Source: a virus
Taxonomy: Duplodnaviria > Caudoviricetes
Length of the DNA: 64,000 nt
IMG/VR virus record: IMGVR_UViG_3300028558_000028
Location: 572 to 64,571 of that record
Reading direction: 5' to 3' (one strand)
In this document: positions 18,898-28,533 of the stretch, piece after piece
How positions within the stretch are numbered: the first letter of the stretch is position 1
How the letters are laid out: every line of letters starts with the position of its first letter
Translations under genes and position numbers: made by a program
Notes under the pieces: model-generated
Databases searched by the model: none
The model's input: the letters and a program-made list of their open reading frames with translations, nothing else
What the model was told of the DNA's origin: nothing

Positions 18898-19302
18898 TCA
18901 CGCCGGTACCTGCCCAGCCAGGATCGCGGTCTTCCGATCCGCGGTGATCAGCCCGGCCGCCACGAGGCCATCGAGGCCGTTGGTGACGAGCGCGTTGCTC
19001 ATGTCGATGGTGACCGCTCCGGCGGCCTGCAGCAGCCAGTCGAGCACGGCATGGTTGCTCAGCGCGGCCGTCATGATCGCCTGGTTCTCGGCAGGGGTGA
19101 AAAGGGACCGGAATTGCAGGTAGGAGAGAACCGGACGGTCGACCCACGTGACGAGAACATTGGCTGCAGCATCGCGCTGCTCGACAGTCGCACTCGGGTC
19201 GAATTCGATCGACCATGTCGATCGGTCGCCTTCTTTTCCGATCGTAAGGCTAATTATCGGACAAACGGATGCGACGGCGTCGTGAAGAGAGGCGGTATCC
19301 AT
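18898..19302 (-). CDS. tail-fibre-associated (assembly) protein
   Basis: Directly after the fibre; 'FRSLFTPAE...GLDGLVAAGLITADRKTAIL'. Confidence 0.6.
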   Translation of the reverse strand: MDTASLHDAVASVCPIISLTIGKEGDRSTWSIEFDPSATVEQRDAAANVLVTWVDRPVLSYLQFRSLFTPAENQAIMTAALSNHAVLDWLLQAAGAVTIDMSNALVTNGLDGLVAAGLITADRKTAILAGQVPA

Positions 19303-21761
19303 CAGAAGTATCCTTGGAATGTCAGAAAAGAGTTTGCCCCGATCGCGGATGATCCGCTGATAGTAGCTGTGTTTGTTCCTGTATTTGATTCCAGTGCGCT
19401 ATAAAAATGCTGTCCTATATTGACGCTAGAGAATGAACCAGTACCGGTTCCGACTGTAATGCCCGTCGGTGTTTGTCCGGTAGCCCCACTATATGTAGTA
19501 GTGCTATCAAGACCTATTCCGGGTAATATCGATCCAGACGTGGCAACTGTTGCAATCTCATTGAACACGCTTGAAAAACTGTCTTCAGCTAGGCCGCTTA
19601 CGAAAGTGACCCGCCAGGTAGTCGACCCGTGAGCTGCGCGAATCGTCGTCAAGGCATAGGTCCAGCTAGCTGTGGTGTCTATAACTTGGGTGAAAACCGG
19701 CCTTCGGTTATATTCGTTCCACAGGTTGAAGATACCGGCCCCGCCGTTAGCCGCAGCACTTCCGTATTGCCACGTGACTGTCGCGCCACCAGGGTCGGTT
19801 GCGAAAGTGCCGACATAGGTGCCGGCTCCTGCTCCGGGCCCGTTCGTGATAGCACTGGTATTGGTGAGGATACCGTTGACACGGGTAAGACCTGTGCCGG
19901 TCCCCGCTCGCGTCGCACAACTGGTCCATGCCGGCCCCCGGGTCAGCGTCGGCGTTCCGGAATTGCTCCATTCATAGAGATCGTAACAACTGCTCGCGAC
20001 TGCAGCGGCGGGCCCAGCGTTACCAGTTGACGAATTTGCGAGAACGTTCGATGTCTCAGCCGCCGGCGTGGCGACGAAGTTGGTCCCGTTCCATAGCGGG
20101 ATCATGTTTCCAAGGTATGGCGTCTCGTAGATTGTCCCTGCCGCCGTAACCGTCGTCGAGAGAACGGGGACGCCGCTCGTCAGCGTCAGGCGCTGCTGCG
20201 GCATCTCGACCACGCCGCCCGAGATCGCCGGGGTCACGATCGTAGCAGAAGTGTTGAACACGGCGAGCCCGGTGCCGGTCTCGTCGCTTAGTACACCAGC
20301 GAGTTGGGCGCTCGTCGTCGCCGCAAAGAAACCCAGGTTCTTGGCTGACGTCGCTACGGCGGATGCCAGGAACCCCGCATCCTGAATGACGGTCCCGCTC
20401 GTACCGCTGAAAGAGGCGACATCCCCGCTAACCGATGAGACCGGGCCTGTGACGTTGCCGCCGCCGGCAGGGGAGGCCCACGTGCCGTCTCCGCGCCAGA
20501 ACGTCGAGCCCGAAGCGCCGGAGCCGCTGCCGAGGTTGGCGACCGGTAGGTTGCCCGTCAGGGTCGATGTACCGAGCGCGACGGTGAAGCCGGATCCGGT
20601 GGCGCCGCTCGTCAGCGTGCCGACGCCTGTCAGAGACGATCCGGTCACGCCAGAGGCGAGGGTCGAACCTGAGAGCGTGCCGGCTGGCGCGATGACGACA
20701 TTGCCGGCGGCTGCGATAAGCTGGCCCTGCTGGTTGACCGTGAAGCTGGGAATGGACGTCGAGGAGCCATAGCTGGCGGGCGTGACTGCAGTGCTGACCA
20801 GGACAGAGCTCGGGATGGTCCCTGCGCCGGAAACAGTGCCCGTGAGCCCAAGATTCGCGATTGACGGACCGCTGGCCAGGACCGCGCTGCCGGTCCCGGT
20901 CGGTGTCTTCTCGCCCAGCACGCCAGCATTATTGTAGAGGATATTACCGGAACTACCGGAACCAATCGTCGTCGTGCCAACCGTTATGCTGCCAGCTGTC
21001 GCGGAGATCGTGCACGACCCGCTCAGCGCACAGGATGTGCTGTTGATCGTGATGGTGGCCGCGCCGCCGTCGCTGATGACCTTGCCTGTGGAGTCCGCGT
21101 AGGATGCCCAATGCCCGGACGTAGCCGACGCAGGCCCGAGAACGGCCGAGAGGCTGTTCATCGTCGGGCGCCAGGTCGTGTTCGGCGCGTCGTAGATCCA
21201 TCTCGTACTGCGGCCGTGGCCGATTACACCCGATCCGCTGATGGTCGTGCCAGCTCCGGCCGACACCGTGTCGGACGCCGAAGCATCGACGTTGTTCAGT
21301 TGGATGGTCGTGCCGTTTGCCATTCCCAGCGCGGTGGCCGCGGGGAAGGTGTCGGTCATCGCCGAGCCGGAATTCGATCGGCGGGTCTCCTGGAAGAGAT
21401 CGGCCGTCGCGAAGGTGTAGCTCGCGCCGGTGACGGTCTGAACCGGCAGCAGCGCCTCGAGCGTGCCCGTTCCAGGGTCGTTGACCGACGTCCCGACGTT
21501 CTTTGTCGCCGCGGTTCCGAGCCCGAGAACCGTGATCACCTGGCTCGGTGACAGCGCCATCACATTGGCCGGCAGGTTGGTGTTGTTGCCGAGAATCGTC
21601 AGCGGCGGGACGAACAGCACATCCTGCTTCGACGCCCACTCCGCATTCCACTGGCCCGCCGTCGGCACGTAGCCGTATGGCCAGTTGGGCGAGGACTGCG
21701 CGCAGGCATGAAGGCTCGTCCCAGCGAGCAAGAGCGCGCCGGCGATTATCCGTCTAAACAT
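19302..21761 (-). CDS. tail fibre-like protein with N-terminal signal peptide
   Basis: 819 aa, Gly/Ser/Thr-rich, fibre repeats 'TFWRGDGTWA', 'SDETGTG'; N-term MFRRIIAGALLLAGTSLHACA|QSSP. Confidence 0.8.
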   Translation of the reverse strand: MFRRIIAGALLLAGTSLHACAQSSPNWPYGYVPTAGQWNAEWASKQDVLFVPPLTILGNNTNLPANVMALSPSQVITVLGLGTAATKNVGTSVNDPGTGTLEALLPVQTVTGASYTFATADLFQETRRSNSGSAMTDTFPAATALGMANGTTIQLNNVDASASDTVSAGAGTTISGSGVIGHGRSTRWIYDAPNTTWRPTMNSLSAVLGPASATSGHWASYADSTGKVISDGGAATITINSTSCALSGSCTISATAGSITVGTTTIGSGSSGNILYNNAGVLGEKTPTGTGSAVLASGPSIANLGLTGTVSGAGTIPSSVLVSTAVTPASYGSSTSIPSFTVNQQGQLIAAAGNVVIAPAGTLSGSTLASGVTGSSLTGVGTLTSGATGSGFTVALGTSTLTGNLPVANLGSGSGASGSTFWRGDGTWASPAGGGNVTGPVSSVSGDVASFSGTSGTVIQDAGFLASAVATSAKNLGFFAATTSAQLAGVLSDETGTGLAVFNTSATIVTPAISGGVVEMPQQRLTLTSGVPVLSTTVTAAGTIYETPYLGNMIPLWNGTNFVATPAAETSNVLANSSTGNAGPAAAVASSCYDLYEWSNSGTPTLTRGPAWTSCATRAGTGTGLTRVNGILTNTSAITNGPGAGAGTYVGTFATDPGGATVTWQYGSAAANGGAGIFNLWNEYNRRPVFTQVIDTTASWTYALTTIRAAHGSTTWRVTFVSGLAEDSFSSVFNEIATVATSGSILPGIGLDSTTTYSGATGQTPTGITVGTGTGSFSSVNIGQHFYSALESNTGTNTATISGSSAIGANSFLTFQGYF

Positions 21762-21782
21762 CGTTGGATGTGCCCCTTTTTC

Positions 21783-22499
21783 TCAGGTCGGCAGGGGCTG
21801 CGGCGACCATGCCATGACGGTCTCCGCAGTCAGGTCTTCGATCGCGGCGTGCTGCTCGGCCGCCCATCGCTCGACCTTCCGAGCCGCTTCGATGCGCGCG
21901 CCATGCTCGACGAGGAATCGCGCGTCCTCGGCGGAGATGCTCAGCGGCGGGTTGTCGGTCAGGAACTTCGTGGCGCGATCCAACCGCCCGAGCGAAATCG
22001 ATGCGGCCTCGCTCTTCGCGCGCTCCGGGTCAGCGGCGAGCCAGGTTTCGGCCTCTTGCTTCGCGGTCGTGTGATGCTCGATGAGCGCAGCGCGCTGCTC
22101 CGCATTCGCTTTGGCCGCAGTCGCCTCACTCCAGCGCATCCCGTAGAGCCGCCGCTTGCCGGGGGGCAGGATCGCCTCGATCGCGGCGCGCTCCCGCTCG
22201 CTGATGGCGGTGAAGAGCGCCTGGCGCTTGGCCTGGAAGGCGAGTTCCACCTCGTCTTCATGGATGACGAAGTCTGGATGCAGCACGGTCAGGCCCGATG
22301 CGCTATCGCTCTCTCCACGGATCGCGGCGGCGACGAGCGGATGAGCGCTGGGGGCTGGATAAGCCTCTGCCCGACCGGCATGGACCTCCGCCGTATGCGC
22401 TTCCCAAGCCGCGTGCTCACGAACAAAGGTGTCCACGGCGAGGGGGAAGTCCTCGATCCCGGCCCGGCGGATGACCGAGCGCTTGATTGTTCTCGGCAA
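21783..22499 (-). CDS. hypothetical protein (fibre chaperone-like), TTG start
   Basis: SD TAGGAG before TTG; lies between the two fibre genes. Confidence 0.6.
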   Translation of the reverse strand: MPRTIKRSVIRRAGIEDFPLAVDTFVREHAAWEAHTAEVHAGRAEAYPAPSAHPLVAAAIRGESDSASGLTVLHPDFVIHEDEVELAFQAKRQALFTAISERERAAIEAILPPGKRRLYGMRWSEATAAKANAEQRAALIEHHTTAKQEAETWLAADPERAKSEAASISLGRLDRATKFLTDNPPLSISAEDARFLVEHGARIEAARKVERWAAEQHAAIEDLTAETVMAWSPQPLPT

Positions 22500-22508
22500 A
22501 GATCGCTC

Positions 22509-23639
22509 CTAATACTTCACGTACCAATAGACGCCCATGCTGGACTGGACGGTGTTGTGCGCGGTCCCGCTACCGGAATTATTGATCGTTATGTCGGTTA
22601 CATCGGTCGGAATATTATGATGATGGTTGCTGAGGGGGGCTCCCGTCGCTGCAGTCGCCTGTCCGATCCCGTTGATGACTTGGCTCACGCCGCCGCTAGC
22701 GCCTGTGGTTGTGACGCCGGTCACCTCGACGTAGTCGTGCGCATGGACCGGAGCGTCGTTGCCGCTGTTGCCAGAATGGTTGTGCCCCGGATCGGTGACG
22801 CCGTGCCCGTGCACACCGTTCTCGACGCTGGACAACGCATGCAGGTTCTCGCCGAAGAGCGACCCGGGCGCCGTCGTCGAGCCCAGCGTCACCGGCACAC
22901 CCGCCAGGCGCGCCGTCGCGGCGCCGCCCATCGTGTCGACGCCCATCGGCCCCAGGCCACGCCAGTCCGGGACCGCGATCGCCTTGTTTGCCGCGAAGTC
23001 CGCCGCCGAGGAGGCACCACGCGTCGTCAGCACGCCGCCCGACGTGTATACCGGGCACTGGGTATTGCTGAACCGCGACCAGATGTAGGAGAACAGCGCC
23101 AACGTGCTGGCAGCGGCAAGCTGCGTCGCATTCGACGAGGCGTTGCCGATCGTCGTCGCGTTGAGGATGGCCCAGCCGTCGAGAACATCGGCTGCCATCC
23201 GGTGCTGCATGGTGCCCGTGGTTGGCAGCGCCCCGCTGATCAGGGTGATGCCGGCCCAGTTCGCGCCGCCCGTGTCAGGGTCGCTCGTGTTGGCATCCAC
23301 CAGGCTCAGCCAGAAGCTGCCGAGCGCCGCCGCCGAGATCAAGGCCCCCTTCGGATAGCCGCTAATCGCGGATGAGAACGTCGGGTCGTAGCCGATCGGG
23401 CCGCCCGCCTGCTGCCATTGGCTCCAGAGCGTGGTTTCTTTCAAGATCCCGTTCATGTCCCGGCCGTCGGGCGGATCGCCGCCGCCGCCGACTGGCGTGA
23501 ACGTGATCGGCGGGAAGCCCTGATCGAGCGATGCCGCGCCTGGTGTGGTGGTCGTCTGCGGGATGGCGCGCACGAAGCTGCCGCCGGCGTTCGCCGCGAA
23601 CGGAATCGGAAACTTGGCCGGGATACTTGCCGCCAGCAT
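22509..23639 (-). CDS. tail fibre / tail-collar protein
   Basis: 'GFPPITF...PPDGRDMNG', 'GYPKGA', collar 'PDWRG', HxH repeats. Confidence 0.85.
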   Translation of the reverse strand: MLAASIPAKFPIPFAANAGGSFVRAIPQTTTTPGAASLDQGFPPITFTPVGGGGDPPDGRDMNGILKETTLWSQWQQAGGPIGYDPTFSSAISGYPKGALISAAALGSFWLSLVDANTSDPDTGGANWAGITLISGALPTTGTMQHRMAADVLDGWAILNATTIGNASSNATQLAAASTLALFSYIWSRFSNTQCPVYTSGGVLTTRGASSAADFAANKAIAVPDWRGLGPMGVDTMGGAATARLAGVPVTLGSTTAPGSLFGENLHALSSVENGVHGHGVTDPGHNHSGNSGNDAPVHAHDYVEVTGVTTTGASGGVSQVINGIGQATAATGAPLSNHHHNIPTDVTDITINNSGSGTAHNTVQSSMGVYWYVKY

Positions 23640-23653
23640 CTATGGGGTCCCTC

Positions 23654-24304
23654 TCAGGGCAGGACGACCGAGGCGGAGACACCGACCGGCTTCGGCAGCA
23701 CGCCGGAGTTCTGGACGATCGCAAGCTCCACGGGCGACAGCGGGAAATCGAACGTGTAGGTCATCGTCATGTCGCCGTCGTCGGTGACGTAGCAATTGCC
23801 GCGGCCCGGGAAGAGCGAGAGCAGGATCTGGTTGATCGCCGGGATCGATCCGTTGGTGATGTTCGCCGCGGCCTTGGCCAGGATCAGCCGGCGATAGGGA
23901 TCGTCCGCGAGCTGGAAGCTGTCGGTCAGGGCCTGGCCGGAAAAGAACGAGCCCTGGCCGAACGTATCGGCGCCGGGGACGCCCTGGTCGAAGCCGAACC
24001 AGTCGCCGACCGTAATCTGCAGGGTACGCGACACCCCCACGATGCGACCCCAGACGTCGAGGCCGTAGCCCTGCGCGGTCAGCACGTTCCAGATGTCGTC
24101 GAAGAAGGCGTCGAGGTTCTCGGTCTGAAGGAGGTAGGCCGCGTCGTTGTTGATCAGCGCCGTCAGGATCGGCGAGTTGGCGTACTGCGATATGATGGTC
24201 TTGCGGTAATCGAACGGGATGTCGCCGATCGGGCTGACCCCGATGACGAACTGCCCGATGCCGTTCGGACCGAGCGGCGGATAGGGCGGGCCCGTATCGG
24301 TCAC
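23654..24304 (-). CDS. DUF2612 baseplate protein
   Basis: 'TIISQYANSP...AQGYGLDVWGRIVGV...LPKPVGV'. Confidence 0.85.
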   Translation of the reverse strand: MTDTGPPYPPLGPNGIGQFVIGVSPIGDIPFDYRKTIISQYANSPILTALINNDAAYLLQTENLDAFFDDIWNVLTAQGYGLDVWGRIVGVSRTLQITVGDWFGFDQGVPGADTFGQGSFFSGQALTDSFQLADDPYRRLILAKAAANITNGSIPAINQILLSLFPGRGNCYVTDDGDMTMTYTFDFPLSPVELAIVQNSGVLPKPVGVSASVVLP

Positions 24305-25722
24305 GACAGCGTGACGGCGATGTTGCCGGCGGCGAGGGTCGGCACCTCATCGATGTCGACACCGACCTGAAACAGGTTGGCGAGCGCCGACACCATGGCC
24401 TCGCTCGACACGGTCTGCGTCTGGTTCACCACCCAGCTCGTGCCGCTGCCCGAGACGATCTTGGTGCCGGGAAGGACGTTGCCGGTCAGGTCGAGCACGG
24501 ACTGGCCGATCGCGATGGTTCCCGTCACCGAGCTGACGGTAAGCGCCGTGCCGGCAATGGCCCCGGTGAACGTCGCCGATGTGTTGGCGGCCGATCCGAT
24601 CTCGAGCGAGATGATCTGCGCCCATGCGCCGAGCGCCGCCACTGGAGCGTAGAACCGGCTGGCATAGAGCGTGCCGCCGATCCGGGCGCGCGGCCCGCCA
24701 TCCCCGCCGGCGAACGCGCTGAGGATAGCATTCTGGATCTGCGTCGTGGCGTCGGCCGGGACCGCCGTGCTGTTGACGAGGTTGACCGCGAACAGGGTCG
24801 GCAGGCCGGTCGGGATTTCGAACTTGACCGTGTAGGACGGATAGGGCGGCGAATAGCCGGGGCTCGTGTCCTGTACCGTGACGGTGGTGTTGCCATTGTA
24901 GGCACATCCCGGCGCCTTGCGGGACCAGATGGCCTCGGCGATGTCCTGCGCCTCGCCACCGACCACCGCGACATAGACCGAGTTCGCGGCGAGCGACACG
25001 CCGCCGATCGTCTGCGGCGAGTCCTGATCGTTCTCCGTGACGTAGGCGTCGATCACGTTCTGGACCGACAGGACGGCGCCGAGGATCGCGCCGAGCGCCC
25101 CGTTCGAGTTCAGCGCGACCGAGGCGGCGCGGCGCGCCTCGAACGCGGCTCGGGTCTCCGTGTTGTTGCCGAGCACGCCCGACACGACGCTGACCGTGTC
25201 CCAACCCGGGATCGCCTGGTAGATCGTGATCTCATCGGCACCGGGCACCGCGGTCGGCCCGGGAATGACATTGGCGAACGGCAGCGTGATCGTGCCGCCG
25301 CCCGGGATCGTGCCGGCCTCGGTGCACGCGTAGAGGTTGCCCGACCCGTCCTGGATCAGCGCGTTGACCGGAATGACGACGCCGACCGCCCCGACGCAGG
25401 TCACCTGCAGGACGGTCGATTGCGACGGGTTCCGCTCGAGGAAATAGATGCGGGCGATCGCGTCCTGCATGCGGCCGGAGGCGTAGGCCGGATCGACCTG
25501 GTTGGTGATCGCGACGAACGTGTCGTTCACGTTGCCGATGATCGCGGCCATGCTCGATGCGAGCTGGCCCTGCGGCGTATCGAGCGCCGGGTTGAGCGTG
25601 AAGCCGGCGGCGGCGAACGCCGCCACGATGTCGGCGATGACGCCGGCGAGGATGGCCGCCTCCGACGGGGCAATGAAGCCCGTCGGGCCGAACGTGGGCC
25701 CGGGAACGTTCGTCGTTGGCAT
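24301..25722 (-). CDS. baseplate J/gp47-like protein
   Basis: 'TPQGQLA...ASGRMQDAIARIYFLER', 'ETRAAFEARR'. Confidence 0.9.
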   Translation of the reverse strand: MPTTNVPGPTFGPTGFIAPSEAAILAGVIADIVAAFAAAGFTLNPALDTPQGQLASSMAAIIGNVNDTFVAITNQVDPAYASGRMQDAIARIYFLERNPSQSTVLQVTCVGAVGVVIPVNALIQDGSGNLYACTEAGTIPGGGTITLPFANVIPGPTAVPGADEITIYQAIPGWDTVSVVSGVLGNNTETRAAFEARRAASVALNSNGALGAILGAVLSVQNVIDAYVTENDQDSPQTIGGVSLAANSVYVAVVGGEAQDIAEAIWSRKAPGCAYNGNTTVTVQDTSPGYSPPYPSYTVKFEIPTGLPTLFAVNLVNSTAVPADATTQIQNAILSAFAGGDGGPRARIGGTLYASRFYAPVAALGAWAQIISLEIGSAANTSATFTGAIAGTALTVSSVTGTIAIGQSVLDLTGNVLPGTKIVSGSGTSWVVNQTQTVSSEAMVSALANLFQVGVDIDEVPTLAAGNIAVTLS

Positions 25723-25725
25723 GGA

Positions 25726-26076
25726 TCAGAACGCCGCGGTTGTCGTCTGGCCGGATGCGTCGGTCACCTGTACTTGGCCCGTTGCGGCGCGGTCCGTGAG
25801 CGAGGCGATGAAGCACTTCGCGCTCACCACGCCCGGCACCGTCATGGCCGCCGCGACGAACTTCGCGGTGAGCAGCGAGATCGGCGGCAGGTAGCCCAGC
25901 ACCTGCGTGAAGTAGGGAATGCCCTGGCTCGTGTCGAACCACAGCTCGCCCTGGAACAGCCGGATCGCGCTCGCCGCGTCCTGCGCCAGCGAATAGGGCT
26001 CGCTCGCGACCGCGATGTTGCCGCTGAGGTCGACAACCAGATCCCAGTTCGTGAGGTCGAGCAGGAGCGTATCGAT
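25726..26076 (-). CDS. baseplate wedge/sheath-initiator-like protein, apparent ATC start
   Basis: 'DTLLLDLTNWDLVVDLSGNIA...AIRLFQGELWFDTSQGIPYF'; AGGAG 8 nt before ATC; no nearby in-frame ATG/GTG/TTG. Confidence 0.75.
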   Translation of the reverse strand: MDTLLLDLTNWDLVVDLSGNIAVASEPYSLAQDAASAIRLFQGELWFDTSQGIPYFTQVLGYLPPISLLTAKFVAAAMTVPGVVSAKCFIASLTDRAATGQVQVTDASGQTTTAAF

Positions 26077-26087
26077 GGCTGTCGCTC

Positions 26088-26885
26088 CTACAGCGGGGGG
26101 CCGGTATTGGAGCCGCCCGACGTCACGCCGGTGTGCACGTGCGTCTTCAGCGACTTGCCGCCGCCGACGACGTCTGTCGAGCCTGTGACCGTGCCGCCGG
26201 TCGAGGTGATGTTCCCGGTCGCCGAGATCGCGCCGCTCAGCGTGATGGCATTGGAGTAGGTCGAGCCAGCGAGGCTCTCGATCGACCCGGCAAGCTTGAG
26301 CGCGCCGGTGACCGGCAAGTCGCCCTGCACCTGGCCGGTGCGGTTGAACAGGATGCCGTTGATCGAGATGCCGGCCGTCGTCATCTCGATTCGGTTGGCG
26401 TTCTTGTCGACCGCCTCCATGCCGGCGTCGGAGAATCGCCAGTATTGCGATGGCGTGGCATTGAGGACGCCGCCGATGTAGATGCCGTCGGCGAGATTGA
26501 ACCGGCGGAACGAGCCGGGGTTCGCGACAGCTTTGTTGGCCTTCACCGCGCTGATGTCGCGGTCGCAGATGATGCCGATGCCGATGTCGCCGACGACCGG
26601 GTCGATGATGATGGCGTTGGTGCCGCCCTGGAGCCGGAAGTAGGTCAGCCCGAAGATCGTGCCGTGCGGCGTCGCGTTGCCTTGGCCGTCGAGCATGTTG
26701 ACCAGGGGATGCACGTCGACCGTGCCGGCCGGCGCCAGCGCGCCAGCGCCTTGATGGACTGCAATGACCTTGACCGGGACGGAAGTGCGGACACGGCCGA
26801 GCGCCTGCTGGACGAGAAAGCTCAGCGCGTTGAATTCGGAGCCGTTGTCGCTGAGGCTTTGCTGGCCAGCGCTCCCGTCCGCCAT
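26088..26885 (-). CDS. Gp138-like baseplate spike (membrane-puncturing)
   Basis: 'DPVVGDIG...DRDIS...RRFNLADG', C-terminal 'THVHTGV' HxH tip. Confidence 0.85.
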   Translation of the reverse strand: MADGSAGQQSLSDNGSEFNALSFLVQQALGRVRTSVPVKVIAVHQGAGALAPAGTVDVHPLVNMLDGQGNATPHGTIFGLTYFRLQGGTNAIIIDPVVGDIGIGIICDRDISAVKANKAVANPGSFRRFNLADGIYIGGVLNATPSQYWRFSDAGMEAVDKNANRIEMTTAGISINGILFNRTGQVQGDLPVTGALKLAGSIESLAGSTYSNAITLSGAISATGNITSTGGTVTGSTDVVGGGKSLKTHVHTGVTSGGSNTGPPL

Positions 26886-27743
26886 TCAATAACCCCCAAG
26901 CGTCGAGGCCTGGAAGCTCGACTGCCACTTGCCGTGCGGCACCTGCGCCTCGATGTCGTGGTTGACGTTGATCACGACCCAGTCGCCGCAAGCCGGCGTG
27001 AGCGAACTCTGCACCGTGACCTTGCTGCCGATTTTCAAGTCCGGGTTGAATCGCGTCCGGATGTTCACATTCGACTGACTGAACGTCGGGTAGCCGATCA
27101 TGCCGGTCTCGGGCGAGACGATCACGGTGCCGCTGCGGGTCTGTCCGGTCGGCCAGATCGCCAGCGTGTTGTTGTCGATTGTCCACTGGATGCCGGCCTG
27201 GTCGGCGATGTCCTTGACCTGCTCCCGCGGCGAGCCCCACAGGTAGCAGCTCGCCAGCTTCGTCGTGACCCCGCTGTTCTCGAAGGAGAGGCCCATCTGC
27301 CCGGCCAGCGTCTGCATGGCCCCGGCAACATCGATCGACGTGCTTGAAAAGCTCGTCGGCTGCGCCGGCTGCACCGCGCCGTACAGGCCGGCATAGGCCA
27401 TCAGGCGAAAGTTGACTTCGGGCATGGCCGCGGCATCGACCCATGCCGCATAGATCGTTCCCTGAAAGACGGTCGGCAGGACCGAGTCGGCGTCGCCGGC
27501 GAGCACCGTGACCGCGTTCTGGCCCTGGACATTGTACTGCGTCCCGACCGCCGAGAGTTGGTTCATCATCTGCAGCGGCATGCCGTAGACGGAAATCTCG
27601 GCGACGCCCATCCCGGGCGCGCCAGCGTTCGCGATCTTCGCCGAGACCCGCAGCCCGCTCAACGTAGCCGAGTTGCCCCCACCTTCGAAGTTGCCGTTCT
27701 GCAGGGACAACTGCAGGTCGATGCGCTTCTGGGTGAAGGCCAC
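26886..27743 (-). CDS. baseplate hub protein
   Basis: 'VLAGD...VFQGTI...SPETGMIGYP'. Confidence 0.8.
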   Translation of the reverse strand: MAFTQKRIDLQLSLQNGNFEGGGNSATLSGLRVSAKIANAGAPGMGVAEISVYGMPLQMMNQLSAVGTQYNVQGQNAVTVLAGDADSVLPTVFQGTIYAAWVDAAAMPEVNFRLMAYAGLYGAVQPAQPTSFSSTSIDVAGAMQTLAGQMGLSFENSGVTTKLASCYLWGSPREQVKDIADQAGIQWTIDNNTLAIWPTGQTRSGTVIVSPETGMIGYPTFSQSNVNIRTRFNPDLKIGSKVTVQSSLTPACGDWVVINVNHDIEAQVPHGKWQSSFQASTLGGY

Positions 27744-27758
27744 ATTGAGACTCCCCTA

Positions 27759-28463
27759 TTAAAAGTCCTTGTCGACCCCAAGCCCTCCAGGCACGACTTG
27801 ACCAGTAAGCATGTCTAGATCTGAAACAGTTGAATGACATAACTCCATTGATACTTCAAAATCCTGGGATCTCCGGTTCGCCTTGGCCCAGAGGTCAGAG
27901 GTAGGTATATCTGGATGTTTTTCCTTTATTGCTTCTTCTATTCTCCGGACTTCAAGTCTTGCACGCTCTATCTCTGCGTCTGATACATATATCAGCAGGT
28001 ACCCGTCTCGGGCTTGGTGACACTTCTTCAAGAAAATGTACCTTACATACCCAAGTCCGAGCAGATTTTCTGGGAGATTTTCAATTCTGTCTTGTTCTGC
28101 CTTTTCCCTTGCATCCGCTAGGCTCAGCTTCTCAGGCAGGCCGCCAAAACAAATTGCGTCAGCGTCGCTCAACCGCTCGATGTTTGTCGCGAACTGTTCC
28201 TGGTATGGCGAGAATTCCGCCTCGCTGCTTCTAACATAGGACGACAACTTATGCTTGAAATCAAGAAATGTTGCGATCCGCGACGGCTTCGCCTGAAGAC
28301 TATCGATTACGGTCCGCGCGGCGGTTTGAATCCGCTCATCTTGCATCGCGCCACATTTCCCGACAGGCGGCGGCTTCCCCCAAAAGAACTGTGCGTTGCA
28401 GGGAATGCTTCGCCCGATTAGCATTGGTAGGAGCAGGACAAGAATGCCGATATTGCGCCCCAT
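27759..28463 (-). CDS. low-GC secreted accessory protein inserted in the baseplate module (moron)
   Basis: Visibly AT-richer; signal peptide; own candidate promoter. Confidence 0.7.
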   Translation of the reverse strand: MGRNIGILVLLLPMLIGRSIPCNAQFFWGKPPPVGKCGAMQDERIQTAARTVIDSLQAKPSRIATFLDFKHKLSSYVRSSEAEFSPYQEQFATNIERLSDADAICFGGLPEKLSLADAREKAEQDRIENLPENLLGLGYVRYIFLKKCHQARDGYLLIYVSDAEIERARLEVRRIEEAIKEKHPDIPTSDLWAKANRRSQDFEVSMELCHSTVSDLDMLTGQVVPGGLGVDKDF

Positions 28464-28495
28464 ATGCCGACCCCCTCTTTTTTCCGAGGGGGTCA

Positions 28496-28524
28496 CAAAT
28501 ACGACCGTGCGCTGTTTCGTTCAA
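28496..28524 (-). promoter_or_regulatory. candidate sigma70 promoter for the moron
   Basis: TTGAAC-17 nt-TATTTG. Confidence 0.4.
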
Positions 28525-28533
28525 GCCTTGCGC

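Noticed and set aside
19302-23639. Invertible tail-fibre shufflon or DGR
   Set aside because: No invertase or RT, no inverted cassette and no TR/VR pair noticed by eye.
25726-27840. 704-aa minus-strand ORF spanning hub and spike genes
   Set aside because: Arg/Pro-rich shadow frame of high-GC DNA; only the last 116 codons look like a real protein.
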